Program-made: the position numbers and the translations under genes
Virus record (IMG/VR): IMGVR_UViG_3300011102_000328
Span: 1 to 48,463 of that record
DNA length: 48,463 nt
Direction: 5' to 3' (one strand)
Origin: a virus
Taxonomy: Duplodnaviria > Caudoviricetes
Shown: positions 8,995 through 17,595 of the stretch, piece by piece
How positions within the stretch are numbered: position 1 is the stretch's first letter
Layout: each line of letters opens with the position of its first letter
Notes under the pieces: generated by a model
Database searches by the model: none
What the model was told of the DNA's origin: nothing
Seen by the model: only the letters and a program-made list of their open reading frames with translations

Positions 8995-10614
8995 ATGGAA
9001 CGCCAGATCCACAACGTCGTACAGGGTTCCCCGGAATGGCACGCACTGCGCGCCAAGGCTTTTACTGCGAGCGAGGCACCTGCCATGATGGGGATTTCCC
9101 CACACACGAGCAGATCGGAGCTGCTGCGCAGAAAGGCTACTGGCATCACGCCGGATGTCGACGAAGGAACCGAACGCCGGTTCGCGGAAGGCCATCTCGC
9201 CGAAGCCGCTTTCCGGCCGATCGCCGAGGAGATCATCGGCGACGAGCTCTACCCCGTCACGGTGACGCTGGAAACGGAAGACGGACTGTTTCTCGCCAGC
9301 ATGGACGGTCTCACGATCGACGGCCGAATTGGATGGGAACACAAGCTGTGGAACGAGCAGACGGCCGAGTGCATCGAGCTCGAGGACGAGCCGCCGGAAC
9401 ACCATATCTGGCAGCTGGAGCACCAGGCGCTGGTCTCCGGCGCGGAAACCATCCTCTTCGTGACGAGCGACGGAACGCGCGAGAAGAGCGCGTTCTGCTG
9501 GTTCCGCTCGCACCCTGCGCGCCGCAAGGCGCTGATCGAGGGATGGCGGCAGTTTGCCAAGGAGCTGTCCGCCTATTCGCACACCGCACCGGACATGCCT
9601 GCACCGGCGGGGAAAGCGCCGGAGCTCCTGCCTGCCATCCGCATCGAGCTGCGCGGTGAGGTGGTGACGACAAACCTTGCCGAGTTCAAGGCGGCTGCGA
9701 TCGAGGTGTTTCGCAGCGTCAATCGTTCCCTGTCGAGCGACCAAGACTTCGCCGATGCCGAAAAGACGGCCAAGTGGTGCAAAGCCATCGAGGAACGCTT
9801 GGCGGCGGCCAAGCAGCACGCCTTGAGCCAGACCGCCGACATCGACCGGCTGTTCCGTGACATCGACGAGATTGCAGCCGAGGCGCGATCGACCCGCCTC
9901 GAGCTGGAAAAACTCGTCAAGGCGAGGAAAGAGCAGATCAAGGCCGAGATCGTCGCCAATGAAATGGAGGCGCTGCGCCGCCAAGTGCGCGAAGAGGGTG
10001 CGGAGCTTGGCGAATTCATCCCCGGCATTCCGGCAGACGCGAGCTACCGGATCGCGGAGGCGCTGAAAGGGAAAAAGACCGTCAGCAGCCTCAAGGACGC
10101 GGCAAGTGCGGCACGCGCAGAGATGGCAATCGAGCTGTCTTCCCTGATTGCTCGACGCAAACAAAACCTCGCCACGGCTCGCCGCATGGCAGGAGAGACC
10201 GGAATGGGTCACCTGTGGCATTTCGACCTGCGCGCGCTCATCGACATGGACCCGGCGCTACTGCCGGATGTGCTCAAAGGCCGGATCGCCGAGTTCAACC
10301 TGCGCGAGGAAGAGCGCAAAGCGGAAGAGGCTCGCAAGGCGGAGCCGCCAAGCAAACCCATTCAAACCCCCGCCAAAGCGCCTGTGAGCGCCAAGAAAGA
10401 GGCGGTAAGGGGTGTGTCCCTGGAAGACATCAATGGCGTCCTGTACCCCCTTTCCATTGACCACACAGGAATTTCCCTGTTCGGGTTCGAGCCTGGTCAT
10501 GATGGGACGTACCGGATGGAAGACGTCGTCCAGATATTCGAGGCCATCAAGTCTCACGTCGAAGAGGCTGTGGCCGGTTTCCGGCAGGTTGAGAAAGACG
10601 TGGAGGTGTCCTGA
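8995..10614 (+). CDS. YqaJ-like exonuclease with long coiled-coil extension
   Basis: [27 protein letters not shown]. Confidence 0.9.
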   Translation: MERQIHNVVQGSPEWHALRAKAFTASEAPAMMGISPHTSRSELLRRKATGITPDVDEGTERRFAEGHLAEAAFRPIAEEIIGDELYPVTVTLETEDGLFLASMDGLTIDGRIGWEHKLWNEQTAECIELEDEPPEHHIWQLEHQALVSGAETILFVTSDGTREKSAFCWFRSHPARRKALIEGWRQFAKELSAYSHTAPDMPAPAGKAPELLPAIRIELRGEVVTTNLAEFKAAAIEVFRSVNRSLSSDQDFADAEKTAKWCKAIEERLAAAKQHALSQTADIDRLFRDIDEIAAEARSTRLELEKLVKARKEQIKAEIVANEMEALRRQVREEGAELGEFIPGIPADASYRIAEALKGKKTVSSLKDAASAARAEMAIELSSLIARRKQNLATARRMAGETGMGHLWHFDLRALIDMDPALLPDVLKGRIAEFNLREEERKAEEARKAEPPSKPIQTPAKAPVSAKKEAVRGVSLEDINGVLYPLSIDHTGISLFGFEPGHDGTYRMEDVVQIFEAIKSHVEEAVAGFRQVEKDVEVS

Positions 10615-11048
10615 TGGCCACGGTCAACAAAGTGATCCTAGTAGGGCATCTCGGACGCGACCCCGAGACGCGGCACATGCCAAACGGCGACGCCGTCTGC
10701 ACCGTGTCGGTTGCCACGTCGGAAACCTGGAAAGACAAGGCTACCGGCGAAAAGAAAGAGGCGACCGAATGGCACCGGGTGCTCTTCTTCGGACGTCTCG
10801 CCGAGATCGCCGACCAGTATCTGCACAAGGGATCGGCGATCTACGTGGAAGGCAGCCTGCGCACGCGCAAGTGGACCGACAAAAGCGGCGTTGAGCGCTA
10901 CAGCACCGAGATTCGCGCCGACGTGATGAAGATGCTCGGAGGGAAAGGGGACGAAGAAGAAAACCGGTCTTCAGAGCAGAAGAGCCAACCCAGGGCGGCG
11001 AATCCGAGTGGAGACAACGGATTCGCTGAGGATGACATTCCGTTCTAA
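10614..11048 (+). CDS. ssb: Single-stranded DNA-binding protein
   Basis: [22 protein letters not shown]-terminal DDIPF. Confidence 0.97.
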   Translation: MATVNKVILVGHLGRDPETRHMPNGDAVCTVSVATSETWKDKATGEKKEATEWHRVLFFGRLAEIADQYLHKGSAIYVEGSLRTRKWTDKSGVERYSTEIRADVMKMLGGKGDEEENRSSEQKSQPRAANPSGDNGFAEDDIPF

Positions 11049-11060
11049 GGAGAGAAACCC

Positions 11061-11564
11061 ATGAATTTCGTGCTGGAAAACACGTTCAACATCAACCGGA
11101 TCGACCCGGAAGTCGCATCCCGAGAGTTGATGCGCCTTGCGATGAAACACAAGGCTCTGACCCCTCGCATTGTGTTGGAGGCCGCGCGCGATCCAGAAAA
11201 CCCGCTCCATGCGGCGTTCGACTGGGATGACCAGGAGGCCGCCGAGAAGTGGCGTCTGCATCAAGCGCGAGCCTTGATCCGCTCGGTGCGCGTGGTTGTG
11301 GAAGAGCGGGAAACCCGACCCATGTTCGTCCATGTGGCACCCGATGCGGGATACCAACCGCTCTCCGTGGTGGTGAAAAACCCGTCTCTTTTTGCACAGG
11401 CGCTTGCTGAGGCGAATGACCGTCTTGCCGCGGCAGAACGTGCAGTGAGCGATCTGGAAAAGGCCGCGAGGATTGAATCCAGCGATCCTGAGCGGCTGAT
11501 GAGAATTGCTGCAGCTGCTCGTGCAATGGAAATGGCGCGGGTTGCCATATCTGCGCTCCATTGA
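11061..11564 (+). CDS. Conserved-looking phage protein immediately upstream of the GGN-NN array
   Basis: AAGGAG RBS; LTP..VLEAARDPENPLHAAFDWDD.EAAEKWRL.QARALIRSV. Confidence 0.85.
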   Translation: MNFVLENTFNINRIDPEVASRELMRLAMKHKALTPRIVLEAARDPENPLHAAFDWDDQEAAEKWRLHQARALIRSVRVVVEERETRPMFVHVAPDAGYQPLSVVVKNPSLFAQALAEANDRLAAAERAVSDLEKAARIESSDPERLMRIAAAARAMEMARVAISALH

Positions 11565-11567
11565 CGA

Positions 11568-11831
11568 GGTAAGGCGTGGCGCGGCAGGCAAGGCTTGGCG
11601 CGGCGTGGACCGGAGAGGCACGGCATGGCAGGCAAGGCAAGGCGTGGACCGGAGAGGCACGGCATGGCAGGCAAGGCAAGGCTGGGCAGCGCGCGTACCG
11701 GACCGGGAGGGCTAGGCTAGGCGCGGCAGGCGGGGTATGGCGAGGCGCGGCGTGGACGGGCCATGCGCGGTATGGCGCGGCAAGGCAGGCACGGCAAGGC
11801 TAGGTGTGGATCGGATAGGAACGGCAGGCAT
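11568..11831 (+). ncRNA. Array of GG(C/T/A)-NN pentamers divided into units by GGCAGGC; candidate guide-RNA array
   Basis: About 48 in-phase pentamers plus six GGC-A slips at 11583, 11627, 11666, 11725, 11784, 11823; 3' stem GCCGTT/AACGGC at 11841-11865. Confidence 0.75.
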
Positions 11832-11888
11832 CAGCGGCACGCCGTTGGCCGCAGCAACAAACGGCATTTTCGTGAAATGGAGCAAAAA

Positions 11889-12089
11889 ATGGCAACGAAA
11901 ACAGCATCAGTCGAAGTGGCAATCAAACCGCCGAAAATCGAGACGGCGCATTTCCACATCGTCGGCACGAGTCCATATGTTCAGTGCCGATTCAGCCATA
12001 AAGCCATGAACATGATGGCCGAAAAGATGCTCGCTGCAGTTTCTGGTGCAGCACCTCATCGAACATCCGCCGCGTGTGGTGGTTGTTGA
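11889..12089 (+). pseudogene. Truncated putative RAMP/Cas7-like array-associated protein, N-terminal ~48 aa only
   Basis: GGAG RBS; MATK...IKPPKIETAHFHIVGTSPYVQCRFSHKA resembles a RAMP first strand plus G-x-S-P; sequence changes character near 12033 and no C-terminal Gly loop is seen. Confidence 0.55.
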
Positions 12090-12266
12090 GGTGAGAGAGC
12101 CGCAACTTGCTCCAAAGGAAAAGGGAAAACGAAAAAAGCCACGATCCTCTTTATCGGGCAGCGCCGCCAGCAGAAACGCTGGCGGGCGGCGGAGGTGCGG
12201 GCGTATTACGAGCGGAAGAGTAAATAAAAACTATCGACGCTCTGTTTCGGCATAGCAAAAAATCAC

Positions 12267-12295
12267 TTGCATTTTACGACCAATGGTCGTATATT
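12267..12295 (+). promoter_or_regulatory. Sigma70 promoter with a palindromic operator
   Basis: TTGCAT-17-TATATT; perfect inverted repeat TACGACCA-A-TGGTCGTA at 12275-12291. Confidence 0.85.
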
Positions 12296-12355
12296 GACAC
12301 TGTGTTCAGCGAGAACACAACCGCGCCTCGGGAAACAGGGGCTCTGGAGAGGATC

Positions 12356-12577
12356 ATGAAATACTACGTTACAGCAGGGAACAACTCGACTGACCTCGGG
12401 ATCGTTGGTTACACCAACTCCATAGAACAGGCAAAACGCATTGGCCGCAAAGCCGTCAAGACGCAATTGCCTAACGGAGAGGGGGATTTTCGCGTGAGGG
12501 ATTCAGAGACGAAGGAAGAACTCTTCAGAGAAGAACGATCGATTCGTACAGATTTCAAGTGGGTGCGCTACGACTGA
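12356..12577 (+). CDS. Small AT-richer protein, candidate anti-CRISPR/anti-defence factor
   Basis: GGAGAGG RBS; 73 aa; own promoter; TGATG-coupled to an HTH gene. Confidence 0.7.
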   Translation: MKYYVTAGNNSTDLGIVGYTNSIEQAKRIGRKAVKTQLPNGEGDFRVRDSETKEELFREERSIRTDFKWVRYD

Positions 12578-13080
12578 TGGCCAACCACCCCAACCGCAGC
12601 CGCCGGTCCCGCGCCCCGGCGGCCAACCCTACCCCGGCGGAAATCAGCGCCGCGCGGGAGTTCCTCGGCCTCACGCAGCAGGAGGCTGCCGACCTGCTGT
12701 ACCTCACGCTGCGCGCGTGGCAACGCTATGAGGCAGGCGAGCGCCGGATGCACCCGGCGCTGTGGGAGTTGTTCCTGCTCAAAACGGAATCTGGCCGCAG
12801 CCGGCCAGCCATACGTGCGGGAGGAATGAGCGCCGCTCAATTCGCCGCGTGCGACCCCGACACGATCCGAGAGCTGCTCGACGAACGCGATGCGTTGGCT
12901 GCGGAGGTCGAGCGGCTGGCGGATGCGTTGCGGGAACTGGAAGATCGCGCACAGCGCGACGAAGCTCTGCTGCGGCAGGCACTGGATGCCCTTGCTTACT
13001 GGTTGGAGCACGGCGAGACACCCGGATCGCACGACATCATTCAGCGCACGCATGACGTTTTACGGAAGCGATTGAAATGA
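12577..13080 (+). CDS. Aca-like XRE HTH regulator fused to a coiled-coil phage segment
   Basis: MANHPNRS...AREFLGLTQQEAADLLYLTLRAWQRYEAGERRMHP, followed by ACDPDTIRELLDERD. Confidence 0.75.
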   Translation: MANHPNRSRRSRAPAANPTPAEISAAREFLGLTQQEAADLLYLTLRAWQRYEAGERRMHPALWELFLLKTESGRSRPAIRAGGMSAAQFAACDPDTIRELLDERDALAAEVERLADALRELEDRAQRDEALLRQALDALAYWLEHGETPGSHDIIQRTHDVLRKRLK

Positions 13081-13244
13081 GTGGTGATCACAACGCATTT
13101 CAGAAGCGCGAGTCATACGAAGACAAGCGCCGAACACAGTCGCTCGACACCCGCCGCGCTCGTATCTATCAGCGTATCAGCGAAGTGTTTGATCAGCTGG
13201 GTGATCGAGTTCAAGAAACTGGAGCAGAAGGAGAACAGCAATGA
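13077..13244 (+). CDS. Small hypothetical protein (MSGDHNAFQK...)
   Basis: Read by hand; ATGA overlaps at both ends. Confidence 0.55.
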   Translation: MSGDHNAFQKRESYEDKRRTQSLDTRRARIYQRISEVFDQLGDRVQETGAEGEQQ

Positions 13245-13522
13245 ACATGATCAATGACGGAGGCCCGGCGTTTCCGCTGCCGGTAAATGACGAGCAGTGC
13301 CGCGCCAGATTTGACAGCGGCTATGGAGGCATGACCCTGCGCGACTATTTTGCGGCGAAGTTCGCCGCCGCAATGATGACTGCGACTAGCGCGGATCACG
13401 ACTTCCCCAACATCGACTATCAGCGAGATGCCGGTGGCCCAACCGTTGCAGAACGTGTTGCGACCATCGCGTACCGCATGGCCGACGCCATGCTCAAGGC
13501 ACGGGAGGCGAGCAATGACTGA
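13241..13522 (+). CDS. Phage hypothetical protein (GGPAFP...GMTLRDYFAA...ADAML type)
   Basis: Recognisable phage motif; AAGGAG RBS. Confidence 0.8.
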   Translation: MNMINDGGPAFPLPVNDEQCRARFDSGYGGMTLRDYFAAKFAAAMMTATSADHDFPNIDYQRDAGGPTVAERVATIAYRMADAMLKAREASND

Positions 13523-13901
13523 CACTACACACGCGGCGCTGGAGGCGCTGAAGGCCGAGAACGAGGCATTGCGGGCGGAGGTGGCCGCGATGCGAAAAGC
13601 TATTGATAGGGCGTGGAATGAAGGTTTTGACTTCGCTATGAAATCCTGCGGTTGGCAAGAAGATGAAGACCCTGTCACCGAAGGGTTATACGTGGTACGC
13701 GATAGTAAGGGCAATGTCGAGGTCGGTATGTGGTACGCCGAGACCTCTAGTTCTTGGCCTGCCGAGTGGACTCGTGAGTTCCGTGATGTGGACCGAGACG
13801 ACATAGTGGCATGGATGGCAATTCCAGATTGGAGAGCCGCGCGTAACACCTACAAGCTGGCCGACGCCATGCTCCGCGCACGGGAGGCGAGCAATGACTG
13901 A
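13515..13901 (+). CDS. Hypothetical protein, DUF551-like
   Basis: GGAGG RBS; W-rich, ending IVAWMAIP. Confidence 0.6.
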   Translation: MTDTTHAALEALKAENEALRAEVAAMRKAIDRAWNEGFDFAMKSCGWQEDEDPVTEGLYVVRDSKGNVEVGMWYAETSSSWPAEWTREFRDVDRDDIVAWMAIPDWRAARNTYKLADAMLRAREASND

Positions 13902-14148
13902 CCACTACAAGGAAACCCTCGATGCGCTGGCCCATGAAATATGGGCGGCTGCCCAGCTAGCCCCAGGCGAAGGGATCGTGGATGGTGTGGATCGCATCGT
14001 ATCCCTGCTGCGCAGGGAAGGTTATCCAGCGGTCACCCACTGCGACAAATGCGGCTGTGATTGGATTGACAACGGACTGAACCCTATCGGCTGCCCCTAC
14101 TGTGAGTTACGCCGAGAAGTCGAGCGTCGGCGGGAGGCGCGGTCGTGA
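13894..14148 (+). CDS. Hypothetical protein with zinc ribbon
   Basis: CDKC...CPYC. Confidence 0.65.
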   Translation: MTDHYKETLDALAHEIWAAAQLAPGEGIVDGVDRIVSLLRREGYPAVTHCDKCGCDWIDNGLNPIGCPYCELRREVERRREARS

Positions 14149-14450
14149 GAGCGCGCATTACCGCCGATCCTACCAGCGGCGTGGTCACGCTGCGGTACTA
14201 CGACACCGTAGCCCGCGAGGTGCGCACGCGACAGTTCGTCGTCCCCGCCGATGGCGGGTACGTGCTCGAGCTCTTGGCGAAGGGCGATTGTCGCCCCGGC
14301 TATCTCACCCAAGGCGCCCCGCTCATCGCCGAGAGCTCGGCGGAACTGGCCGATGTCATCCGCCGCGAGTATCGGCGGATGCGCGCCGCCGAGCGGCGCC
14401 TTGTATCAAAACGTAACCAAGGAAGCGCTGGCAAAGGAGAAAGACAATGA
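14145..14450 (+). CDS. Hypothetical protein
   Basis: GTGA coupling; GGAGG RBS. Confidence 0.6.
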   Translation: MRARITADPTSGVVTLRYYDTVAREVRTRQFVVPADGGYVLELLAKGDCRPGYLTQGAPLIAESSAELADVIRREYRRMRAAERRLVSKRNQGSAGKGERQ

Positions 14451-14740
14451 GCAATGACCGCTACGAACGCATCCGTGCCGCGCTGGCGATGAGGCCCACG
14501 CCCGGGCCGTGGGCGGCTTGCCGCACCAATAGCGGCACGTTCGTAAAAAGTGAGAGGCTTGCCGGGTATTTTGTGGAGGTGCGCCATTGCCGCACGGCAC
14601 AAGACGTCAATGCTGATGCTCATCTGATCGCCGCCTGCGACCCGGACACCATCCGGGCGCTGCTTGATGAGCGCGACGCGCTGGGCGCGGAGAACGCGAG
14701 GCTGCGCGAGGCGCTGGAAGGCATGGAGCAGAAGGCATGA
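14447..14740 (+). CDS. Ead/Ea22-like protein
   Basis: PTPGPW...ADAHLIAACDPDTIRALLDE. Confidence 0.7.
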   Translation: MSNDRYERIRAALAMRPTPGPWAACRTNSGTFVKSERLAGYFVEVRHCRTAQDVNADAHLIAACDPDTIRALLDERDALGAENARLREALEGMEQKA

Positions 14741-15147
14741 AACCCTGCCGCACCTGCAACCAGACAAAGCCCGCCGACGCTTACCGAGGCACCAGAAGCG
14801 CGTGCCGCGAGTGCGAGAACGCTCGCCGCCGCGAGTGGTACGCCGCGCAAGCCGTCAAGCCGTACCAGCGGCCCGAGATGAAGGCGTACTACCGCCAGTG
14901 GTACGCGGCCCATGCCGAGTCCGTGAAGGCCCGCGCAGTCGAATGGGCAAAGGCCAACCCGGACAAGCGCCGCGACGTGTGCCGAGAAAACACGGCCCGC
15001 CAGCGTGCCAAGCTCAGCGATGCCTACGTGCGCCGGATGCTGGCGCAGGAAATAGGGCTGCGCTGCAAAGACATCCCGCAGCCGCTGGTCGAAGCACAAC
15101 GCGAACTACTCAAGATCAAGAGGTACATCCGTGAACACAGCATCTGA
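14737..15147 (+). CDS. Hypothetical protein with N-terminal Cys motifs
   Basis: CRTC...CREC; LSDAYVR..IP..LVEA. Confidence 0.7.
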   Translation: MKPCRTCNQTKPADAYRGTRSACRECENARRREWYAAQAVKPYQRPEMKAYYRQWYAAHAESVKARAVEWAKANPDKRRDVCRENTARQRAKLSDAYVRRMLAQEIGLRCKDIPQPLVEAQRELLKIKRYIREHSI

Positions 15148-15355
15148 ACTTCGCGCCGAACTGGCTCAGGTATTCGCCAAACTCAAGGCCGAGGAAATCA
15201 AGCCAGGCGAGGCGGCAGAGCTTGCCAATCTGGCGGGCAAGATGATCGCGAGCGCCAAGGTGCAAGTGGAGTATTACGCGCTGCGTAAGGAGTCTCCAGA
15301 GATTGACTTCCTGAAAGATGACGCGCGCCGCACTGTCGAAGGAGAACAGCAATGA
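15131..15355 (+). CDS. Hypothetical protein
   Basis: GAGG RBS; ELANLAGKMIASAKVQVEY. Confidence 0.7.
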   Translation: MNTASELRAELAQVFAKLKAEEIKPGEAAELANLAGKMIASAKVQVEYYALRKESPEIDFLKDDARRTVEGEQQ

Positions 15356-16221
15356 CTGATCGCCAAAGCACCCACGCCGCCGCGCAGCAGCGGGGGCAGG
15401 CCGCACCCCCGAGCGCGCCCGTGGGGGTGGAGGAAATGCAGCGCCGGCTGGACCGTGAAGAATCGGACCACGGGCGGACCATCGACCAGCGCGACGCCGC
15501 CGAGGACGCGCTTGGCCGCATGTTTCAAGCCGTGACCGGCCGAACGGCGGAATGGTCGAGCGCGTGGGGCTACGTGGACGCCATCGAGGAAGTCGAGGAA
15601 CACGTTGCCACCCTCGCCGCCGAACGCGACCAACTAGCCGCCGCCCTCGAAGCGGCGCGGCGCAATGCCGGCATGCTCGCGCCGCCGGAAGGCTACGCGC
15701 TCATCAGCGTGGAGGTGCTGCGCGCTTGGGGCAAGCTGGACGAGCTGCGCGAGTGTTGTCGGTATCCGAAACACGCTACTTCGCAGCCCGAAGCGCAGGG
15801 CGGCGGGAAGGCCGCACCCCCGAGCGCGCCCGTGGGGGTGGGCGGGAAGATGGCAGAGGTCGTTCGCTTCCTGATGGGCGAGGCTCCGCTAGAGGGCAGG
15901 TGGTTCGATGAACCCGGCGACCCGCACGTCGGGGGCGCGTACTGGTGGCGCAAGCACCTGACCGACGCCCTCGCCCAGCAGCCCGCAGCCGTGGATGGGT
16001 CGGACGCACAGGCCGCCGAGATCGAGGCGCTGCGGGCGGAGGTGGCCGAGTGGAAGCGCGTTGCCGCCGCGCGGGGCGAAGCCGAAGCCCGCGCCGAGCG
16101 GCTGGCGGAGGCGTTGCGGCACCAACGCTGGTGCCGAACGTGTGCAGAGGACGGGTGGGAGAGCTGTGAGGAGGGGCGCAAGAATGACGCCCTGCTGCGC
16201 GAGCAGGAGGAAGGGAAGTGA
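15352..16221 (+). CDS. Mosaic hypothetical protein with an internal AAPPSAPVGV repeat
   Basis: Coupled ORF with AAGGAG RBS. Confidence 0.65.
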   Translation: MTDRQSTHAAAQQRGQAAPPSAPVGVEEMQRRLDREESDHGRTIDQRDAAEDALGRMFQAVTGRTAEWSSAWGYVDAIEEVEEHVATLAAERDQLAAALEAARRNAGMLAPPEGYALISVEVLRAWGKLDELRECCRYPKHATSQPEAQGGGKAAPPSAPVGVGGKMAEVVRFLMGEAPLEGRWFDEPGDPHVGGAYWWRKHLTDALAQQPAAVDGSDAQAAEIEALRAEVAEWKRVAAARGEAEARAERLAEALRHQRWCRTCAEDGWESCEEGRKNDALLREQEEGK

Positions 16222-16574
16222 GCGACGAGATGATGTTCGGCATCGCAAAGATGCCATACGAGATGGCGATGGGCGACGAAATGTCCCGCCGCCAGTTCTA
16301 CGCAAACACGCAGCGCCTTGCCGCCGCCCTCGAAGCGGCGCGGGAGGATGCGTACGTGGCGCTGGTCGTCGACATCCGCCTTGCCTGCGGCGACAACGGC
16401 AAGCGGTCGCAGCCGGAGCTGGTGGAATACATCCGAGGGCTGGCGCGGGATGCGGCGCGGTATCGGTGGCTGCGGGATCGGGAAATTCCCGAGTGGCTGG
16501 ACCTGTGGCACCAAAATCCGGATCGCATCGACGCCGCCATCGACCAGGCGCGCGGGAAGGGGGTGCAGTCGTGA
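16218..16574 (+). CDS. Hypothetical protein (DAARYRWLR...IDAAID motif)
   Basis: Common phage motif. Confidence 0.7.
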   Translation: MSDEMMFGIAKMPYEMAMGDEMSRRQFYANTQRLAAALEAAREDAYVALVVDIRLACGDNGKRSQPELVEYIRGLARDAARYRWLRDREIPEWLDLWHQNPDRIDAAIDQARGKGVQS

Positions 16575-16579
16575 AAGCG

Positions 16580-16954
16580 ATGACTGACCGCTACGAACGC
16601 ATCCGCAAGGCGCTGGCGATGACTGAAGACCTCGACGACCTGATGTGCCCACACTCTGCCGCAGGCAGGCCGGAGCGCTTCCCCGCAAAGGTGTGCATCT
16701 TCGCTGGAGAGTGCGGGTGTGTGTATGGCGCTGAATGGAGCCGCGCGCTTCGCCTGGCCGACGACGCGGCCGAGAGCGTGATTTGCACCGAGGGGCACTC
16801 CCCCGCCGCCTATCACTGGGTGCTCACGCACGAGCAAATCGCCGCCGATCCGTACCTGGAGGACTGCATCGCGCATCTGGAGTGGCGAGGGATTGCAAGA
16901 CGGGTCGATGCCGAAGACGGCGTGGCCGTGATCTTTGAGGAGCAGCAGCGATGA
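16580..16954 (+). CDS. Hypothetical protein (MTDRYERIRKAL...)
   Basis: 3' part of ORF 15995-16954; shares its N-terminal motif with the 14447 ORF. Confidence 0.6.
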   Translation: MTDRYERIRKALAMTEDLDDLMCPHSAAGRPERFPAKVCIFAGECGCVYGAEWSRALRLADDAAESVICTEGHSPAAYHWVLTHEQIAADPYLEDCIAHLEWRGIARRVDAEDGVAVIFEEQQR

Positions 16955-17355
16955 TCGACGGCGCCCGCGTCCTGTCAGTCCGCCCCACCCCATACGGCAT
17001 CAAGCGGCGCCGCTACCAGCTCGCGGACGGCCGGCGCATCACCACCTACGAGGTGCCCTACTCCATCCTGAGCCACATGGGGGCCGCCAGGCTGCGCGAG
17101 GCCGCGCAAAAGTGGCAGCGTGGCGAATGCGCGAGATCCCAGGCCCATGCGCGCCGCCAGCGCATCGTCGCGCTGCCGGCCGATGGCTGGAAGCCTGCCG
17201 CCATCGCGCATGAGGTTGGAGTCACCGAGCAGCGCGTGCGCCAGATCCGCGCTGAGTGGCGCAAGGAGCAGGCGTTGCAGCGCCTGCGTGAAGATGATCC
17301 GGCTGCCTACCAGCAGCTGGTCGACATGTTCCCCGAGATCAACCAGCCAGCCTGA
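16951..17355 (+). CDS. Hypothetical HTH DNA-binding protein
   Basis: GWKPAAIAHEVGVTEQRVRQIR. Confidence 0.7.
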   Translation: MIDGARVLSVRPTPYGIKRRRYQLADGRRITTYEVPYSILSHMGAARLREAAQKWQRGECARSQAHARRQRIVALPADGWKPAAIAHEVGVTEQRVRQIRAEWRKEQALQRLREDDPAAYQQLVDMFPEINQPA

Positions 17356-17370
17356 AATCGGAGCAGTCCC

Positions 17371-17595
17371 ATGTCCCCCGACCTGACCGACGAAGAAATC
17401 GACCGCATCTGCGGCGGCCTGCGTCAGTCTGCGGCGAAGATCCGCTACCTGCAGAGCCTCGGCCTGACCGTGCGCCGCAAGCCGAACGGTCGGCCACTGG
17501 TATCCCGTGCCCACTTCGAGGCCGTCATGGGCGGCGCCGCCAAGAAAGCCGCGCCCACGCCCTCTGAAGGCCCCCGCTGGAGCGTACTCGCATGA
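17371..17595 (+). CDS. Excisionase-like protein (DUF4224-like)
   Basis: LTDEEI..ICGG..Q.A..RYL..LG...RKPNGRPLV; coupled to int. Confidence 0.8.
   Translation: MSPDLTDEEIDRICGGLRQSAAKIRYLQSLGLTVRRKPNGRPLVSRAHFEAVMGGAAKKAAPTPSEGPRWSVLA

Noticed and set aside
11568-11831. Classical CRISPR array or simple microsatellite
   Set aside because: No long identical repeats with unique spacers and no cas1/cas2; the variable dinucleotides are too diverse for a microsatellite
11506-12009. ORFs spanning the GGC-rich array (11576-11803, 11506-11715, 11737-12009 and antisense ORFs)
   Set aside because: Low-complexity A/R/G/W translations produced by a 5-nt periodic repeat; no RBS
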